A stretch of DNA of 64,000 bases from positions 5,952,001-6,016,000 of the forward strand of contig NC_135767.1 in the NCBI RefSeq assembly GCF_052425735.1. Reading direction: 5' to 3'. Origin of the DNA: Oculina patagonica (taxonomy: Eukaryota). A program made the position numbers and the translations under genes. Below, in pieces: positions 42,017-56,520 of the stretch (its first letter is position 1; each line of letters opens with the position of its first letter). The notes under the pieces are model-generated. The model ran no database searches. It had not been told where the DNA came from and saw only the letters and a list, made by a program, of their open reading frames with translations.

Positions 42017-42937
42017 TGAATGAAATTCCTTGCCACCAGAGATTGTGAATTCTAGTTCATTACAAAGTTTTAACCAGTTTTAATTGCATTAGACTTTTAA
42101 ATCTTGTCAATTGTCTATTTTTTAAAACGTTTCAGTTTAATACCAATGCATCTGTCAGCTGCCAAGATATTAAATCGCTTACTAGTTTAAAAAACAAAAA
42201 TAATTGAGAAAATGGGAAGTTCCAAAGCTTTTAGACTTAACCTGAAGAACGAATGAAATAGCATCGGTCAAATATCTTTTTGAAATAAGATATTAAATGA
42301 AAATAATAGGCACATTTCCAGTTTTCCTGTTATTTACGCAGAGCCTTTGAGTAGTAATTAAATCTAACATAGGGCTTGATTATTTAAAATCCTTTATAAT
42401 TGTGATTAAAGGTATCGAGTAGGCTGTATAAATGATCATTTGTTTTCTGTCGGGGTTCAGGAACACAAAATATCAATATAAGATGTATTCAAACACTGCA
42501 AGATGCTAAAGCTGTATAGATCTATTGACACAAAAATTTTAAAGCCGGAGAAAATTGTTTCCTTGTCATTTATTAGTTTCAGCGGGTGGCAATTATTGGT
42601 CACCGGATATTGTAATAATCAAACAAAAATTTGCAAATACTTCTAAGATTCGACAATGTATTTTACTGTAGGCGACTTAACCAGCCTACATTATGAGAGT
42701 TAAACGTACAGAGAAATTATTACAGATGGAGACACCTGCATAGATGAGAAAAAACAACTTGGAAAACTGAAAGAAGAACTGTGTTTTTATATGGCAAATG
42801 TTAATTCATAACGACTTTAAATTTATCTGATTTGAAGGCAATTTTGCTCATTGTAAGAAATGAATTTAGCCGTATTTACGCTATCTAGAGACTGTTGATT
42901 GTACTTTGCAACTTTACTTAGATAGATAGCTAGTGTT

Positions 42938-43868
42938 CTAAAAACAATAGAGCTGCCTGATTGTGCCTTTAACTGCTTGTTTCACTTACCTGATTTTCCA
43001 ACAGTAAAGTATCGGGTTTAGAGATGAGTTTAAGAAGACTAGTGTCACTGTAGCAAACAAAGTCACAAGTTCATGTTCAATTTCATTCACATAAAGCACA
43101 GCCGTAATGCCCCACGGAACATAGCACGTAACTAATGCCAACTGCACCCACATAATGCTGGAAACTGTCTTTTTGTATCTTGCTATGTTTAGTGGAATCC
43201 CTTCTCCGTTCTGTTGTTCTTGGAGGACATTGTTTTGTACTTGGGCTTGTTGATGTCGTAGTTTGAGGTGGATCCTTGTGTAACAGAAAATAGAAGTTAC
43301 CAAGCAAAGTATTACGCCAACAGAGGCTGCCTTAAAGGCGATATCTTTTCTCCACACCCAGAGCAATCCAATTGAAGCAGCAATTAGCCACAAACAAGTT
43401 ATGCCTACACGAGCTCGCCTCAGTGTTACGACATGTCTGTATCTCAGTCCCAGCAACAGTGCGAAAAGTCTGTCCGCACTAATTGCTGTTGATGTGAAGC
43501 CAGATACTCCACATAAAATAAAACCTGAAGCTTCCCATACTCAAAGTAGTACAGCACATTCACGTTCATCTTTATCATAAGAGACATAATGTAGACATAT
43601 ACATATAGTGGTTGTACAATATAGTGGTTGTACAATAAGTCCAACGCAAAGATCAGTGACCGCCAGACATCGAAAGAAAAGTTTTGTCGGAGGATGAATA
43701 GAAGAGACATTCTTCATAGCCAAAAGGATCAGAGCATTGCCCACAGCAGCGGTGATGGGAAGAAAAATGTTCAAAGCTGAAAAAAATTCAGCTATGCCTG
43801 CTGGTAGTGGTGCGCTGAAAGCGTGATTCAGTTTGCTTGTATAGTTTCCTTCTCTGTAATGTCGCCAT
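42938..43868 (-). pseudogene. Class A GPCR pseudogene (several lesions)
   Basis: Homologous to the intact copies; 18-bp tandem duplication at ~43603-43638, frameshift near 43535, premature TAA at 42986-42988. Confidence 0.85.
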
Positions 43869-45293
43869 TGTTCATCGCACTTTAGATTACAAAAGAAATG
43901 ATAAAAAAGGGCTAGTACAAAAAAGAATGCAAAAGTTGCATTATCTCTTCACGTTTTAACTAAACAGATCAGGTAAAGCGGTTGTTTATTTACGGAATAA
44001 GAAAGATGATGGATGCGCAATGAAATACTAGGGAGTGACCTTATTCTCGTTCACTTAGTCATCAAATAGTAAACGCCAGCGTGGACCATTGAGTTCTGGA
44101 TGCACGCGGGAAGTTAGAAAGCACGAAAGAAGCGCACGAGCAAAAGAATCTGAGTGGCCAATCACAGCAAAGTTAAACAACACAATGAACCAATGACAAC
44201 ACGAAGACAACACACGCAACCAACGCCAACCGCAGGAAAACGCACGTGATCAAGTCGTGATTGGTTATGCTTTTGCATCTGATTGGTTTAGTAGGTGGCG
44301 CGAATATTTTTTGTGCTTGTGATTGGACCAATCATGTTCCACATTTTACTGTCTGCTAATGTTCGATGTCATGAACAGCGCATCAATCATATACCACAAA
44401 AACATTGAACCCAGATTCAGAACACTCGAAACTGCCATTAGCAAAATCATTTTAAACGCAGCGGTAGCACAAGTCAGAACTCCGCGAAAAAATAAGTCTG
44501 AACCTAAGGACAAAAATATTAATCAGAAACCATTCTCGAACCTTTCTCTGCTTCACGAAACGAATATTTGTTTCCCAAAACATTAAGAGAAATACAGAAA
44601 TTTTAATAATTATTCAGTGAAATAGAACAAGAAGCCATTATTGTCACAACACGGTCGAATAAAAGATCTTTGGTTTGGTTAAAAAGCGCTGGTCTGGAAA
44701 AAATATTTCAATTCGTTCTTCATTTTAAAATACAAGTTTTGTGTTGGATAAAGTTATTGTCATCAAAAGATGCACAATTGAACGGTGTACCCTTTATAAT
44801 ACTTTATTTAACTTGAATGAAATGAATTTTCTGTTATCATGCATACATTATGTGATATCTAATAAACAACACACGCACTTTGTTATAATTACCTAACTGC
44901 TACCAAAAATTTTTAACTCTGGTATAGGTTTATAATATTATAGATTTGCACTGATCCAAAGATAAAACGCACAAACTGTTAAATGTCTGTTGTGAAACCT
45001 ACTGAACCTCCCACTTACATTTACTAAACTTTTCTCATCAGTGGCTTAGCACAATAGCTAAATTAAAGTTAAAACAAAGTTGCTGCTTCACTATTTGCGC
45101 CAAATGGATGCGTAATGGAAGGCGCATCTTTGTCTACAGTTTTTAGTTTATTGTTCGTAATCTAGCGCGTTTGATTTCAAGGCAATTTTGCACATTATAA
45201 GAAATAAATTTAGCTGACTAAGAAAAGCAAGCAGGCTATTTAGACACTGTCAATTGTACTTTGCCTCTTTTTGTCGGTCTGCACCGCTAGTAT

Positions 45294-46208
45294 TTAAAAA
45301 CACGAAAACTGCCTGATTGTGCTTTTAACTGCTTGTTTCACTTCTCTGATTCTCCAACAGTACAAGATTGGGTTTAGAGTTGAGTTGAAGTAGATGAGTG
45401 TATCTGTGGCTAATCGAGCAACAATATGTTCAATTCCATTCGCATATAGTACAGTCTCAATTCCCCACGGAACATAGCAGGCAACTAATGCCAACTGCAC
45501 CCACATAATGGTGGAAACTGTCTTTTTGTATCTTGCTATGTTTAGTGGAATCCCTTCTCCTTTCTGTTGTCCATGAGGGACACTGTTTTCTATTAGGGCT
45601 TGTTGATGACGTCGTAGTTTGAGGTGGATCGTCGTGTAACAAAAAATCGAGGTTGCCAGGCAAAGAGGTAAGATTACAGAGGCTTCCTTGTAGGCGATAT
45701 CTTCTCTCCACACCCGGAGAAATCCAAATGAAGCAGCAATTAGCCAAAAACAAGTTATGACTACACGAACTCGCCTCAGTGTTGCGACATGTCTGTATCT
45801 CAGTCCAAGCAACAGTGCGAAAAGTCTGTCCACACTAATTGCGGTCGATGTCAAGAAAGATACTCCACATAAAATATAACTTAGAACTATATTAACATAG
45901 TCAACGTAGTACAGCACATTCATGTTCATCTTTATTATACGAGACATACTGTAGGTAGCATAAAGTGGTTGTACAATAAGACCAACGCAAAGATCAGTGA
46001 CCGCCAGACATCGAAAGAAAAGTTTTGTCTGAGCATGAATAGAAGAGACATTTTTCAGTGCATAAAGGATCAGAGCATTGCCCACAGCAGCGGTGATGGA
46101 AAGAAAAATGTTCAAAGCTGAAAAAAATTCAACTATGCCTGCTGGTGGTGCGTTGAGTGCTTGGTGCAGTTTGCTTGTGTAGTTTCCTTCTCCAGTAAAG
46201 TTCGCCAT
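45294..46208 (-). CDS. Intronless class A GPCR, 304 aa, intact
   Basis: Seven hydrophobic segments; GN, LAVTD, DRL, CYVPW, NPILY. Confidence 0.93.
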   Translation of the reverse strand: MANFTGEGNYTSKLHQALNAPPAGIVEFFSALNIFLSITAAVGNALILYALKNVSSIHAQTKLFFRCLAVTDLCVGLIVQPLYATYSMSRIIKMNMNVLYYVDYVNIVLSYILCGVSFLTSTAISVDRLFALLLGLRYRHVATLRRVRVVITCFWLIAASFGFLRVWREDIAYKEASVILPLCLATSIFCYTTIHLKLRRHQQALIENSVPHGQQKGEGIPLNIARYKKTVSTIMWVQLALVACYVPWGIETVLYANGIEHIVARLATDTLIYFNSTLNPILYCWRIREVKQAVKSTIRQFSCF

Positions 46209-48770
46209 TGTTCTTGGGTGGTCAGGGAATCAAGCCTGCGTAGAAGAGTGCTTGGAATTGAGAAAGTTCCGAAGCTTTCAAAAAATAACATCAGCTTGCT
46301 GCTTTGTTATTTGAGATGATGATCTCACATGTCGCTGATAACACGCCCACTTGTGCTGACAGAGTGTATTTAAACATAGTCGATGTTTTATAATATTAGG
46401 AAAAATAGTTCAGTTTTGCTCTGCTGAAAATTCCAAAATCCCTGTGAAAAGTTAAAGGTAAAGTTTGCTGTCGTTGACAAAATAAACAATTTTGTTCTGG
46501 TAGCGTGGACATTAGTCAAGAATAAATTTCCTCTAAACACTTCCGCTTACAAGTGCAGGTGTTCTGAAATAATTATCCCGTAAACACGAAACATAAAAAT
46601 GCCTTTCCTAGAAAATGTTTCTTCTGTACAAGTTATTTACGGTTGCGGCTGGTGGCTAAAATGTTAGGGGCCGTCGACATATTCACCTGTTACCTCAACT
46701 GGACGTTTAGAACAAAAAGTTCTCTGTTATTTATTTAAGCGATCATGCAAAGTTTGATGGATAATTAGAGCGTGTTTTCGCATCCCGTGTTGACGTTTAG
46801 ATACTATTGACGGGTGGTATTAATAATAAGTCACGGAATCGAATAAGTCACTGTTCTTGTGAAACCTAACATTATGTCTGTTGATCACCGGATATTGCAA
46901 TAGTCAAACAAATATTACCATATACTTCTTACTTCTTAGAGTCGACAATTTATTTCATTGTAAGAGACTTAACCAGTCTACACAAGACATTCTATTATTA
47001 TTCGAAGATATAAATCTTCGTACGCTGATTGGCACCTTATTAATATATAATGCCAAATTCAAATTGAAATTCAAACCCAAATGTTTCGTGCTTAAAAGAA
47101 CGATTCACGACAGTTCATCGTACGCGCGTGCAGAGAGAAATTACTCCAGATGAGAACACCTGCACAGAAGTAAAAAACTTGGTAAAATGAAAAGAAGAAC
47201 TGTGTTTCATGTGGCAAATGCTCATTCATAAGGAATTAAATTGACCAAATCAACATCTGTCGTTGCGCAGTGTGATAGCGTGGGCTAGTGAAGAACTAAT
47301 TTTGTCTAAACACTTCCGGTGATCTGGTAAAAATGGACCTTTAGCCTAGTTTGTAGGCTTTCTCGGCTTAAGGGAGTCTGGGCTCTATCAAGAGCGGTGA
47401 CGTCACAATCCCAGGCATTGCACGGTCACAGAAACAAAAGGGAAGGCATAGGGACCAGTCTGCTTAAAAATGTTTTTCCTAGAAAAGCTTCGTCTTGTAC
47501 AAGTTAAAAATATTTTACGGTCGTGGCTGCGGGCTATAATTTTACAAGATAAAACGCAAGGTTGATTAAACGGTATGAGAAGTATACTGAATTCCAATAT
47601 TTCAGAAGGCACCGCGTTGATCGCTTGCGCCATGTCGCGTCACATCAGTGCGTGCGCTAAAGTTGAAGGCATTCGCATGCGTCTACCAAATAGGCGAATA
47701 CTAAACGCTAAATTACCCAACCTAAACGTGCGCTTTAGTAAGTTATACACTGATATACTACTATCTTTATGTTTTCTCCTTTTTTGCAGATCCCTCTTTC
47801 AAAAAAGTCCAATCGTTTGACAAGATATTTCAACCGACTTCTCCGGCGCTATCGCTGAGAGATTCTGAATCATAAACATATAAAGAACAGACCATTAAGG
47901 CAGCAAATTAACAACAAATAAATAAAACTTCTCATTGACTTTCAGGCAATTCAGTTGACTGAAGTAATCAGTGTATTTTATTATAAATAATAAATTAGAA
48001 ATAAATTATTTGTAAATAATAAAACTAACTGGCATGGGTAATTTTTAGAAATTAAATACTTTTTATTTTAAATTAAAAATTGTGAGTAATTTTCGAGGTC
48101 AGAATGATTAGAAAGCCTTTGATAACTTCAATTCACTGAAATCGTCATCGGCTTAATTGGAGAAAAGTATCCATGTGATCTGAGATCAGTGAACCAATTT
48201 TGGATTCTCCCAAAGAAACGCACCCTTGGTCTCGTTTGTGTGTTCTCATTGCGGAGGAGGCTTGGGTACATATGTTTGATTCTCGCCGAGGTATGGGTTC
48301 GTTTCATTTTCAACGGAGGTTTGTGTTCGCTCGAGCGAGTATGTCTTCAAAAATTTGTTTGGTCATTTATATATAGTAAAGTATTTTGTATCGAAAGGAC
48401 TCCAAGTAACGTGAGCTTATCTCGAATCGACCTCGACTTGTCTCGAAACGACCGGATACCCATCGAGTACCAGAGTTAAAACTGGATTAAACTTGTGAAA
48501 CCTAACATCGCGGTTACATTTATTAAAGTATTTCCATCGGTGGCTTAGCAAGATAGCTAAATAAAAGCTAAACAAAGTTGCTTCTTTACTATTTCCGCCG
48601 AATGGATGCATAACGAAAGGCGCATCTTGGTTTACAGTTTTGCAATTTATCGTTCATACAAATTAAAAGCAACATTACAAAAAATGAATTAAGCTACTTT
48701 TTCACGCTATTTGGAGACTATCAGTGTACTTTGCAACTTTATGTCGATGTACACAGCTTCAGCTAGTCTT

Positions 48771-49682
48771 TTAAAAACAGTAAAGCCGCCTGATTGTGCC
48801 TTTAACTGCTTGCTTAACTTCTAGCATTTTCCAACAGTATAGAAACGGGTTTAGAGATGAGTTTTTAGAAGACTAGACTTGACGTAGAGAACCAAGCCAC
48901 GTCATGTTCAATTCCATTCGCATCTAGCACAATCACAATGGCCCTCGGAACAAAACAGGCAACTAATGCCAACATCACCCACATAATGCTGGAAACTGTC
49001 TTTTTGTATCTCGCTATGTTTAGTGGAATCCCTTGTCCATTCTGTTGTCCGTGAGGGACATTGTTTTGTACTAGGGCTTGTTGATGTCGTAGTTTGAGGT
49101 GAATCCTCGTGTAACAGAAAATGGAAGTTAACAGACAGAGTATTAAGACAACAGTGGCTGCCTTAATTACGATATCGCTTCTCCACACCCGGAGCAATCC
49201 ATTTACAGCTGCAATTATCCAGAGACAAGTTATAACTACACGAACTCGCCTTAACGTTACGAAATGTCTGTATCTGAGTCCCAGGAACAGTGCGAGAAGT
49301 CTGTCCACACTAATTGCGGTCAACGTCAAGGCAGATACGCCACTTAAAATAAACGCTGAAGCTACCTAAACATTGCTAACGTAGTACAGCACATTCACGT
49401 TCATCTTTATTACAAGAGACAAACTGAGGGTCGCAAAAAGTGGTTGTGCAATAAGACCAACGCAAAGATCAGTGAACGCCAGACATCGAAAGAAAAGTTT
49501 TGTCGGAGGATGAATAGAAGAGACATTCTTTAGGGCGATGAGGATCAGAGCATTGCCACAGCAGCGGTGATGGAAAGAAAAATGTTCAAAGCTGAAAAAA
49601 ATTCAACTATGCCTGCTGGTGTTGCGCTGAGTGCTTGGTTCAGTTTGCTTGTGTAGTTTGCTTCTCCAGTAAAGATTGACAT
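48771..49682 (-). pseudogene. Class A GPCR pseudogene
   Basis: Full-length homology from ATG 49682 to TAA 48771; 1-bp deletion at ~49557 and further stops/frameshifts at ~49366 and ~48865. Confidence 0.85.
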
Positions 49683-50589
49683 TGCTCTTGGGTGGTCAGA
49701 AAATTAAGCTTGCCTTGACGAGTGCTTGAAGTTGAGGAAGGTACAAAACTTTTGAGGAATAAAGTATCAACTTGCAGCTTTTTTTGAAATGATGATTTTA
49801 TATGTCGCTGTTAACACGACCTCTTGTGCTGTGCGTGTATTTTTTTTGACAGGACTTTCTGATAATCCTTAAAAGCCCGGAGTTTATTGTATTATATTTG
49901 TAAATCTGCCAATTTGACTATTTTCTTGCACATTTGATATTAAAACTGATAGATCTGTCAGTTGCTTGAAAAAACGTTGCAGATTAACCAGTGAGACAAA
50001 CGTTTCAGCTTGCAGCTTTGTTAGTGAGTTGATGACTTTATATGTCGCTGTTTACACGCCCACTTGTGCTTTGTAAGTGTCTTTTTCACTTGACTTTCTA
50101 TTTATCCTAAAAGGCCCAGTGATTGCATTAGACTTTTAAATTAAGTCATTTGTCCATTTTGGTGAACATTTGAGTTTAAAACTGATATATCTGTCAGTTT
50201 CTTGATATTACTTCGCTTACTAGTTATAAAAGAAAATAATTATAGATTGTGCTATTTTCCCAAAAGTTCTACCGTTATTTTTGGGCAGAACCTTTAAGTG
50301 GAAGTTAAAACCAGTAGTTAACATAAAACCGAACGAAATCGAACGTCGGGCTTGATTATGAAAAAAATCTTTGATAATTGTTTTTAAAGGCATCGAGTAA
50401 GCTGTGTAAGGCTGTTCAGGAACACAATGATACATTTAGACATTGTAAGATGCTGAAGCTGTATATATCCGGAGAAAATTGTTTATCCGTCATTTATGAA
50501 TTTCAACCCGTGGCAATTATTGATCACCGGATATTGCATTAGTCAAACAAATATTTCCATATTTTCTTAGAGTCGACAATTTACAGAGT

Positions 50590-50973
50590 GCACTCTTTTT
50601 TATACGAACATTTCTTTTTTACAAGAACGTCGAGGATGAAATAAGGCCAAAATTTAAGAACATCCTATAAACGTGCCCAAGGCTGAAATTTGGTTAAGAA
50701 CGAATTTTATGTTTTTCTGTTTGTTGCGAGAGACAAATGTATGAACTTAATAAATAAACTTTTATTCAAATCCTGACTTGTAACCAATATTGTCATCACT
50801 CATTGGTAAAGTGAACATGTACATATCGGTTTGGAATGAATTTACTGCAATACTACTTTTTTAAAAAAAATTAAGAACATTCTAAGAACATTTCAGGCTC
50901 AAATCTTCAAAAAAAGGTTTAGGACGTTCAGTCTCGTCCAAAAAATTAGACTTTCTTATATAAAAAAGAGTGT
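50590..50973. mobile_element. MITE with CACTCTTTTTTATA terminal inverted repeats
   Basis: cactcttttttatacgaac...ttcttatataaaaaagagtg|ta; interrupts the conserved GPCR flank module. Confidence 0.55.
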
Positions 50974-51629
50974 AGTTGTAGAAGATTTCACTAGCCTACA
51001 TAATGACAGTTCGGAGAAATTATTGCAGATGGGGACACCCGTATAGGAATAAAAAAAATTGGTGAAAAAAAGGACTGTCTTTTTATGGCAAATCCTCATT
51101 AACTAGAACGTTAACTTTCCCTTTTATCCAATACTTTCATTACTCGTGGATTGGCTGTCTCGTTATTTCTGAATAAACCTTTGCTTCTCTTTCTGTTTCT
51201 AACTCTATAAAAACAAGTTTCGGTGCATCCTCGGAGACCAAGGGAAAAGCGAAACTGCGGGAAAAAATCGACACCGTTAACTACATTAAGTTTGGCTTAG
51301 TCTTTAGTTACATGACGTCATTCTTAAATTAGCTGGGTTGAGTTTTATTGTCGTAAAATGTACAGCCGCCATGTTTTTCATGAGAAAAATAGGTGCACGG
51401 AGAATCAATGAGAATCGAGCACGTTATGTTAACGTTTTATTTACGATTATTCAAACAATGATGGCTGAAATTTCATTCGTCTTCTCTGGTCGCTTATTCC
51501 TGTGAGTGTTGTCTAAATCAACCATTAATGTTGTTCCACTGAAACAGAACCTTCACTGAGCTTACTGATGCCTACTACTACTAAAAGATTGTTCATAAGG
51601 TAAAAAAAAACTGTTTTTAAAATACAAGT

Positions 51630-52405
51630 TTACCAAGCCGCATCATGTTTAATTCCATTCACATCTAGCACAGCCACAAAGACCCACGGAACATAGCAAG
51701 CAACTAATATAATGCCAACTGCACCCACATAATGCTGTAAACTGTCTTTTTGTATCTTGCTATGTTTAGTGGAATCCCTTCTCCGTTCTGTTGTCCGTGG
51801 TGGACATTGTTTTGTACTTGGGCTTGTTGATGTCGTAGTTTGAGGTGGATCCTCGAGTAACAGAAAATGGAAATTACCAGGCAAAGCAGTAAAACGACAG
51901 AGGCTCCCGCATCAGCAATATCTCTTTTCCACAACCAGGGCAATCCATAAGAAGCAGCAATACGAACACGCCTCAATGTTACGACATGTCTGTATTTCAA
52001 TCCCAGCAACAGTGCGAGACGTCTGTCCGCACTAATTGCTGTCAATGTCACAACAGATACTCCACACAAAATACAACTTGAAACACCATAAACTTTGTAA
52101 ACATAGTAGTCATCATTCACGTTCACCTTAATTATACGAGACATCAAGCGGGTAGCATATAGTGGTTGTACAATAAGACCAACGCAAAGATCAGTGACCG
52201 CCAGACATCGAAAGAAAAGTTTTGTCGGAGGATGAATAGAAGAGACATTGTTAAGAGCCACAAGGATCAGAGCATTGCCCACAGCAGCGGTGATGGAAAG
52301 AAAAATGTTCAAAGCTGAAAAACATTCAACTATGCCTGCTGGTGGTGCGCGGAGTGCTTGATTCAGTTTGCTTGTGTAGTTTTCTTCTCCAGTAAAGTTC
52401 ACCAT
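51630..52405 (-). pseudogene. Class A GPCR pseudogene, 3'-truncated
   Basis: 8-aa deletion in TM4 (RRVR-IAAS), frameshifting insertion at ~51705, homology stops at ~51633 before NPxxY. Confidence 0.85.
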
Positions 52406-53520
52406 CGTTCTTGGGTGGTCAGAAAATTAAGCTTGCCTTGAAAAGTGCTTGAAGTTGAGGAAGCTGGTACAAATTTTTGAGGAATAAAGTATCAACTTGC
52501 AGCTTTGGTTTTGAAATGATGATTTTATATGTCGCTGTTAACACGCCCTCTTGTGCTGTGCGTGTATTTTTTCACAGGACTTCCTGTTTATCCTTAAAAG
52601 CCCGGTGTTTATTGCATTATACTTGTAAATCTGGCAATTTGACTATTTTCTTGCACGTTTGATATTAAAACTGATAGATCTGTCAGTTACTTGATAAAAC
52701 GTTGGAAATTAACCAGTGAGACAAAAGTTTCAGCTTGCAGCTTTGTTAGTGAGATGATGACTTTATATGTCGCTGTTTACACGCCCACTTGTGCTTTGTA
52801 AGTGTCTTTTTCATTTGACTTTCTATTTATCCTAAAAGGCCCAGTGTTAATTGCATTAGACTTTTAAATTACGTCATTCGTCCATTTTTGTGAACATTTG
52901 AGGTTAAAACTGATATATCTGTCAGTTGTTTGATATTACATCGCTTACTACTTATAAAACAAAAATTTTGAGATTGTGCTATTTTTGCAATAGTTCTACC
53001 GCTATAATTATTTTTGGGCAGAACCTTTGAGTAGCAGTTAAATCCAGTAATTAACATAAAAATCTATTTTTGTTATCGCGCAACGTCGAACATCGGCGCT
53101 TGTTTTAAACTCGGCCTGGTGGACCTGGCGTTTTTGACTGTATATAGTTTTATCTTGATGTTTTTTGTACATATATATATTATTAAGCTTCTTGTGCAAA
53201 CTTAAACTTTTTAATTTTTTAATTTTTAGTATTAGGATTAGTTGCTTTCATATTTTAATTCTATATTTATATTAGCATCTCTTTTTAAATTCTATTTTTA
53301 ATTATTTTAATGTAATAGTAATGTAAGTAATTTTTTTGTAAATAGTCGTGCGTTTTTAACATGAGCCCCTGGCTCGGGAGATTGGGCAACCACTCCCAAC
53401 GCACGGAGAATCAATCAGAATTGAGCACGACAACAGGCGCTGTAACTAGAAAACCCAAGGCACAATCCCGTAATCCTCCGGGATATCGATTAACAGATGC
53501 CTACTACTACTAAAAGATTA

Positions 53521-53721
53521 GGAAACTACACAAGCCAACTGAGTCACGCTTTCAGCGCACCACTACCAGCAGGCATAGCTGAATTTTTTTCATGAACATT
53601 TTTCTTTCCATCACCGCTGCTGTGGGTAATACTTTGATCCTTGTGGCTCTGAAGAATGTCTCTTCTATTCATCCTCCGACAAAACTTTTCTTTCGATGTC
53701 TGGCGGTCACTGATCTTTGCG
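53521..53721 (+). pseudogene. GPCR fragment (N-terminus to TM2)
   Basis: [16 protein letters not shown]...RCLAVTDLC; shares the extra-codon variant cagcgcaccactaccagc with the 42938-43868 copy. Confidence 0.8.
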
Positions 53722-53788
53722 TTTTTTTATATCAAGTTTTATCTTTTTCAATTGTATACACACTGAGACTTAAAGTGCGTGCAGTTAT

Positions 53789-53819
<31 letters not shown>
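53789..53819. repeat. (TCA)n microsatellite
   Basis: About 10 tandem TCA units. Confidence 0.9.
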
Positions 53820-55608
53820 CTACTATATTCCCAAGCAATTGACAACATACCTATCAATTTCTTAACACAAACATCACTTTGTAAGTTGTAAAATGACAAC
53901 TGGCTAGATGTTGGGCCTGATACAAAACTTTTCACGTAAAATGCAGACCTCTCAAGTCTTACGATTTTTCCGTGAGGATCACGGTTTTCACTTCAATCAC
54001 ACAATGAGACACAAAAATCTAACAGTAAACAGAGTCACAAGTCACTTGATTACCACCTGGTTTTGAAGTATTTTTATCCTTCAGTTGATCAATCTCCCAG
54101 TTTTGACTGAAATCTCCAGATTTTAAGTGCTTTGAGGTTGAGAGGTCTGAAACGTACGTTTCATATAGGTAACGTTTTTTTAATAGATAAGTGATGGTAA
54201 CGTTGTACATACTTGAAAGGGCTATTGGATAGCGATCATAGAAATAGCGCTATACACATATTTAAATTATTATTATTATTATTATTATTGTTATTTAATT
54301 TATTATTAGTGTTATCGTTTATCGTCTTGTAGTTAGAAATGTCAGTTGGTTTGTCTCATCTGGACGAGATTAAGATCACTGGCTAATTTCTGTTTAAACC
54401 AAACTCATTTTTAAATCAATGGTTTTTCGCCAAACTCGTTTTTATTAAAAAGAGAAGTAAAGGCATGCAACTAATGAATAACGAAATAGCCTATTCACGA
54501 GAAATGAAAGTATTTGATAAAAGGGCAAATTTAAGTCCTTATGAATGAGCATTTGCCACATAAAACACAGTTCTTCTTTTAATTTTCCACGTTTTTTACT
54601 TCCTATGCGGGTATCCTCATCTGGAGTAATTTCTCTGCACGATGAACTGTCGTGATGTTTTATGTCATTCCTTTCCACTGATGAAAAGCAAAGCACGAAA
54701 CGCTTGGGTTTGAATTTCAATTTGAATTTGGCACTATATATAAAATTTTTCTTCAGTTATTACAACAAACAAGTGGCACGCAGCGTACAAAGATTAAAAC
54801 CTTCGAATAATAATAGCATGTCTTGTGTAGGCTGGTTAAATCTCCTACCATGAAATAAATTGTCGACTCTAAGAAGTATATGTTAATATTTGTTTGACTA
54901 GTGCAATATCCGGTGATCAATAATTTCCACAGCTTGAAACTTTTAAATGACGAGGAAACAATTTTCTCCAGCTTTAAAATTTTTGTGTAAATGGATTTGC
55001 AAAGCTTTAGCATCTTGCAATGTGTAAATGCATATTATTATTCTGTGTTTCTTAACCCCGACAGAATAAAGACCATTTATACAGCTTACTCGATACCTTC
55101 AATTCCAATTTATATAAAGGAACAGCTAGTTTAACAATCAAGCACGAAGTGCTAGGCGCGCGATTAGAAAAATAGGTTTTTTTACTAGATTTAATTACTA
55201 CTTAAGGCTCTGCGCAACAATAACGGCAGATCCTCAGTCTGTTTGTTACTCTAACAACTTGGAAAATAGCACAATCTCAATTTATAGATTTTTTAACTAA
55301 TGAAAATACGGAATATCTTAATAAAACCGACAGATCTATTAATTTTGAGCCCAAACGTTTTCAAAAATGGACGAAATGACGAAATTTAAAAGTCTAATTA
55401 CTGCAAGATAAACAAAAGGCCTTTAAAAATTAATAGAAAGTCCTGCAAAGAGCACACACAAAGCACAAAATTAAGGGCATGTAATCAGCGACAAATCATC
55501 AGCTCAATAACAAAGCTGTAAGCTTAAAACTTTGCTCCAAAGCGTCGTAACTACCTCAATTTCGAGCACTCTTCAAAATAGGCTTAATTTTCTGACCTCC
55601 CAAGATCA

Positions 55609-56520
55609 ATGGCGAACTTTACTGGAGAAGGAGACTACACAAGCAAACTGAACCAAGCACTCAGCGCACCACCAGCCGGCATAGTTGAATTTTTTTCAGC
55701 TTTGAACATTTTTCTTTCAATCACCGCTGCTGTGGGCAATACTCTGATCCTTTTTGCTCTGAAGAATGTCTCTTCTATTCATCCTCCGACAAAACTTTTC
55801 TTTCGATGTCTGGCGGTCACTGATATTTGCGTTGGTCTTATTGTACAACCACTGTATGCTACCAGCATTATGTCTCGTATAATAAAAATGAACGTGAATG
55901 TTTTGAACTATGTTTACAAAGTGAATGCAGCTTCAAGGTATATTTTATGTGGAGTATCTGGCTTGACATCGACAGCGATTACTTTGGACAGACTTCTTGC
56001 ACTGTTGCTGGGACTGAGATACAGACATGTCGTAACACTGAGGCGAGTTCGTGTAGTCATAACTTGTTTTTGGTTAATTGCTGCTTCAATTGGATTGCTT
56101 CGGATGTGGAGAATTGATATCCCCATTAAGAAAGCCTCTGTTGTCCTGATACTTTGTCTGTTAACTTCCATTTTCTGTTACACGAGGATCCACCTCAAAC
56201 TACGACATCAACAAGCCCTAGTACAAAACAATGTCTCCCACGGACAACAGAACGGAGAAGGGATTCCACTAAACATAGCAAGATACAAAAAGACAGTTTC
56301 TAGCATTATGTGGGTGCAGTTTGCATTAGTTGCCTGCTATGTTCCTTGGGGCATTGCAGCTGCGCTGTATGCGGGTGGAATTGAACATGATGTGGCTTGG
56401 TTAGCAACAGTCACTCTAATCTTCTTAAACTCATCTCTCAACCCCATCTTATACTGTTGGAAAATCAGGGAAGTGAAACAAGCAGTTAAAGGCACAATCA
56501 GGCAGCTTTACTCTTTCTAG
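55609..56520 (+). CDS. Intronless class A GPCR, 303 aa, intact
   Basis: 7TM; GN, LAVTD, DRL, CYVPW, NPILY. Confidence 0.93.
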   Translation: MANFTGEGDYTSKLNQALSAPPAGIVEFFSALNIFLSITAAVGNTLILFALKNVSSIHPPTKLFFRCLAVTDICVGLIVQPLYATSIMSRIIKMNVNVLNYVYKVNAASRYILCGVSGLTSTAITLDRLLALLLGLRYRHVVTLRRVRVVITCFWLIAASIGLLRMWRIDIPIKKASVVLILCLLTSIFCYTRIHLKLRHQQALVQNNVSHGQQNGEGIPLNIARYKKTVSSIMWVQFALVACYVPWGIAAALYAGGIEHDVAWLATVTLIFLNSSLNPILYCWKIREVKQAVKGTIRQLYSF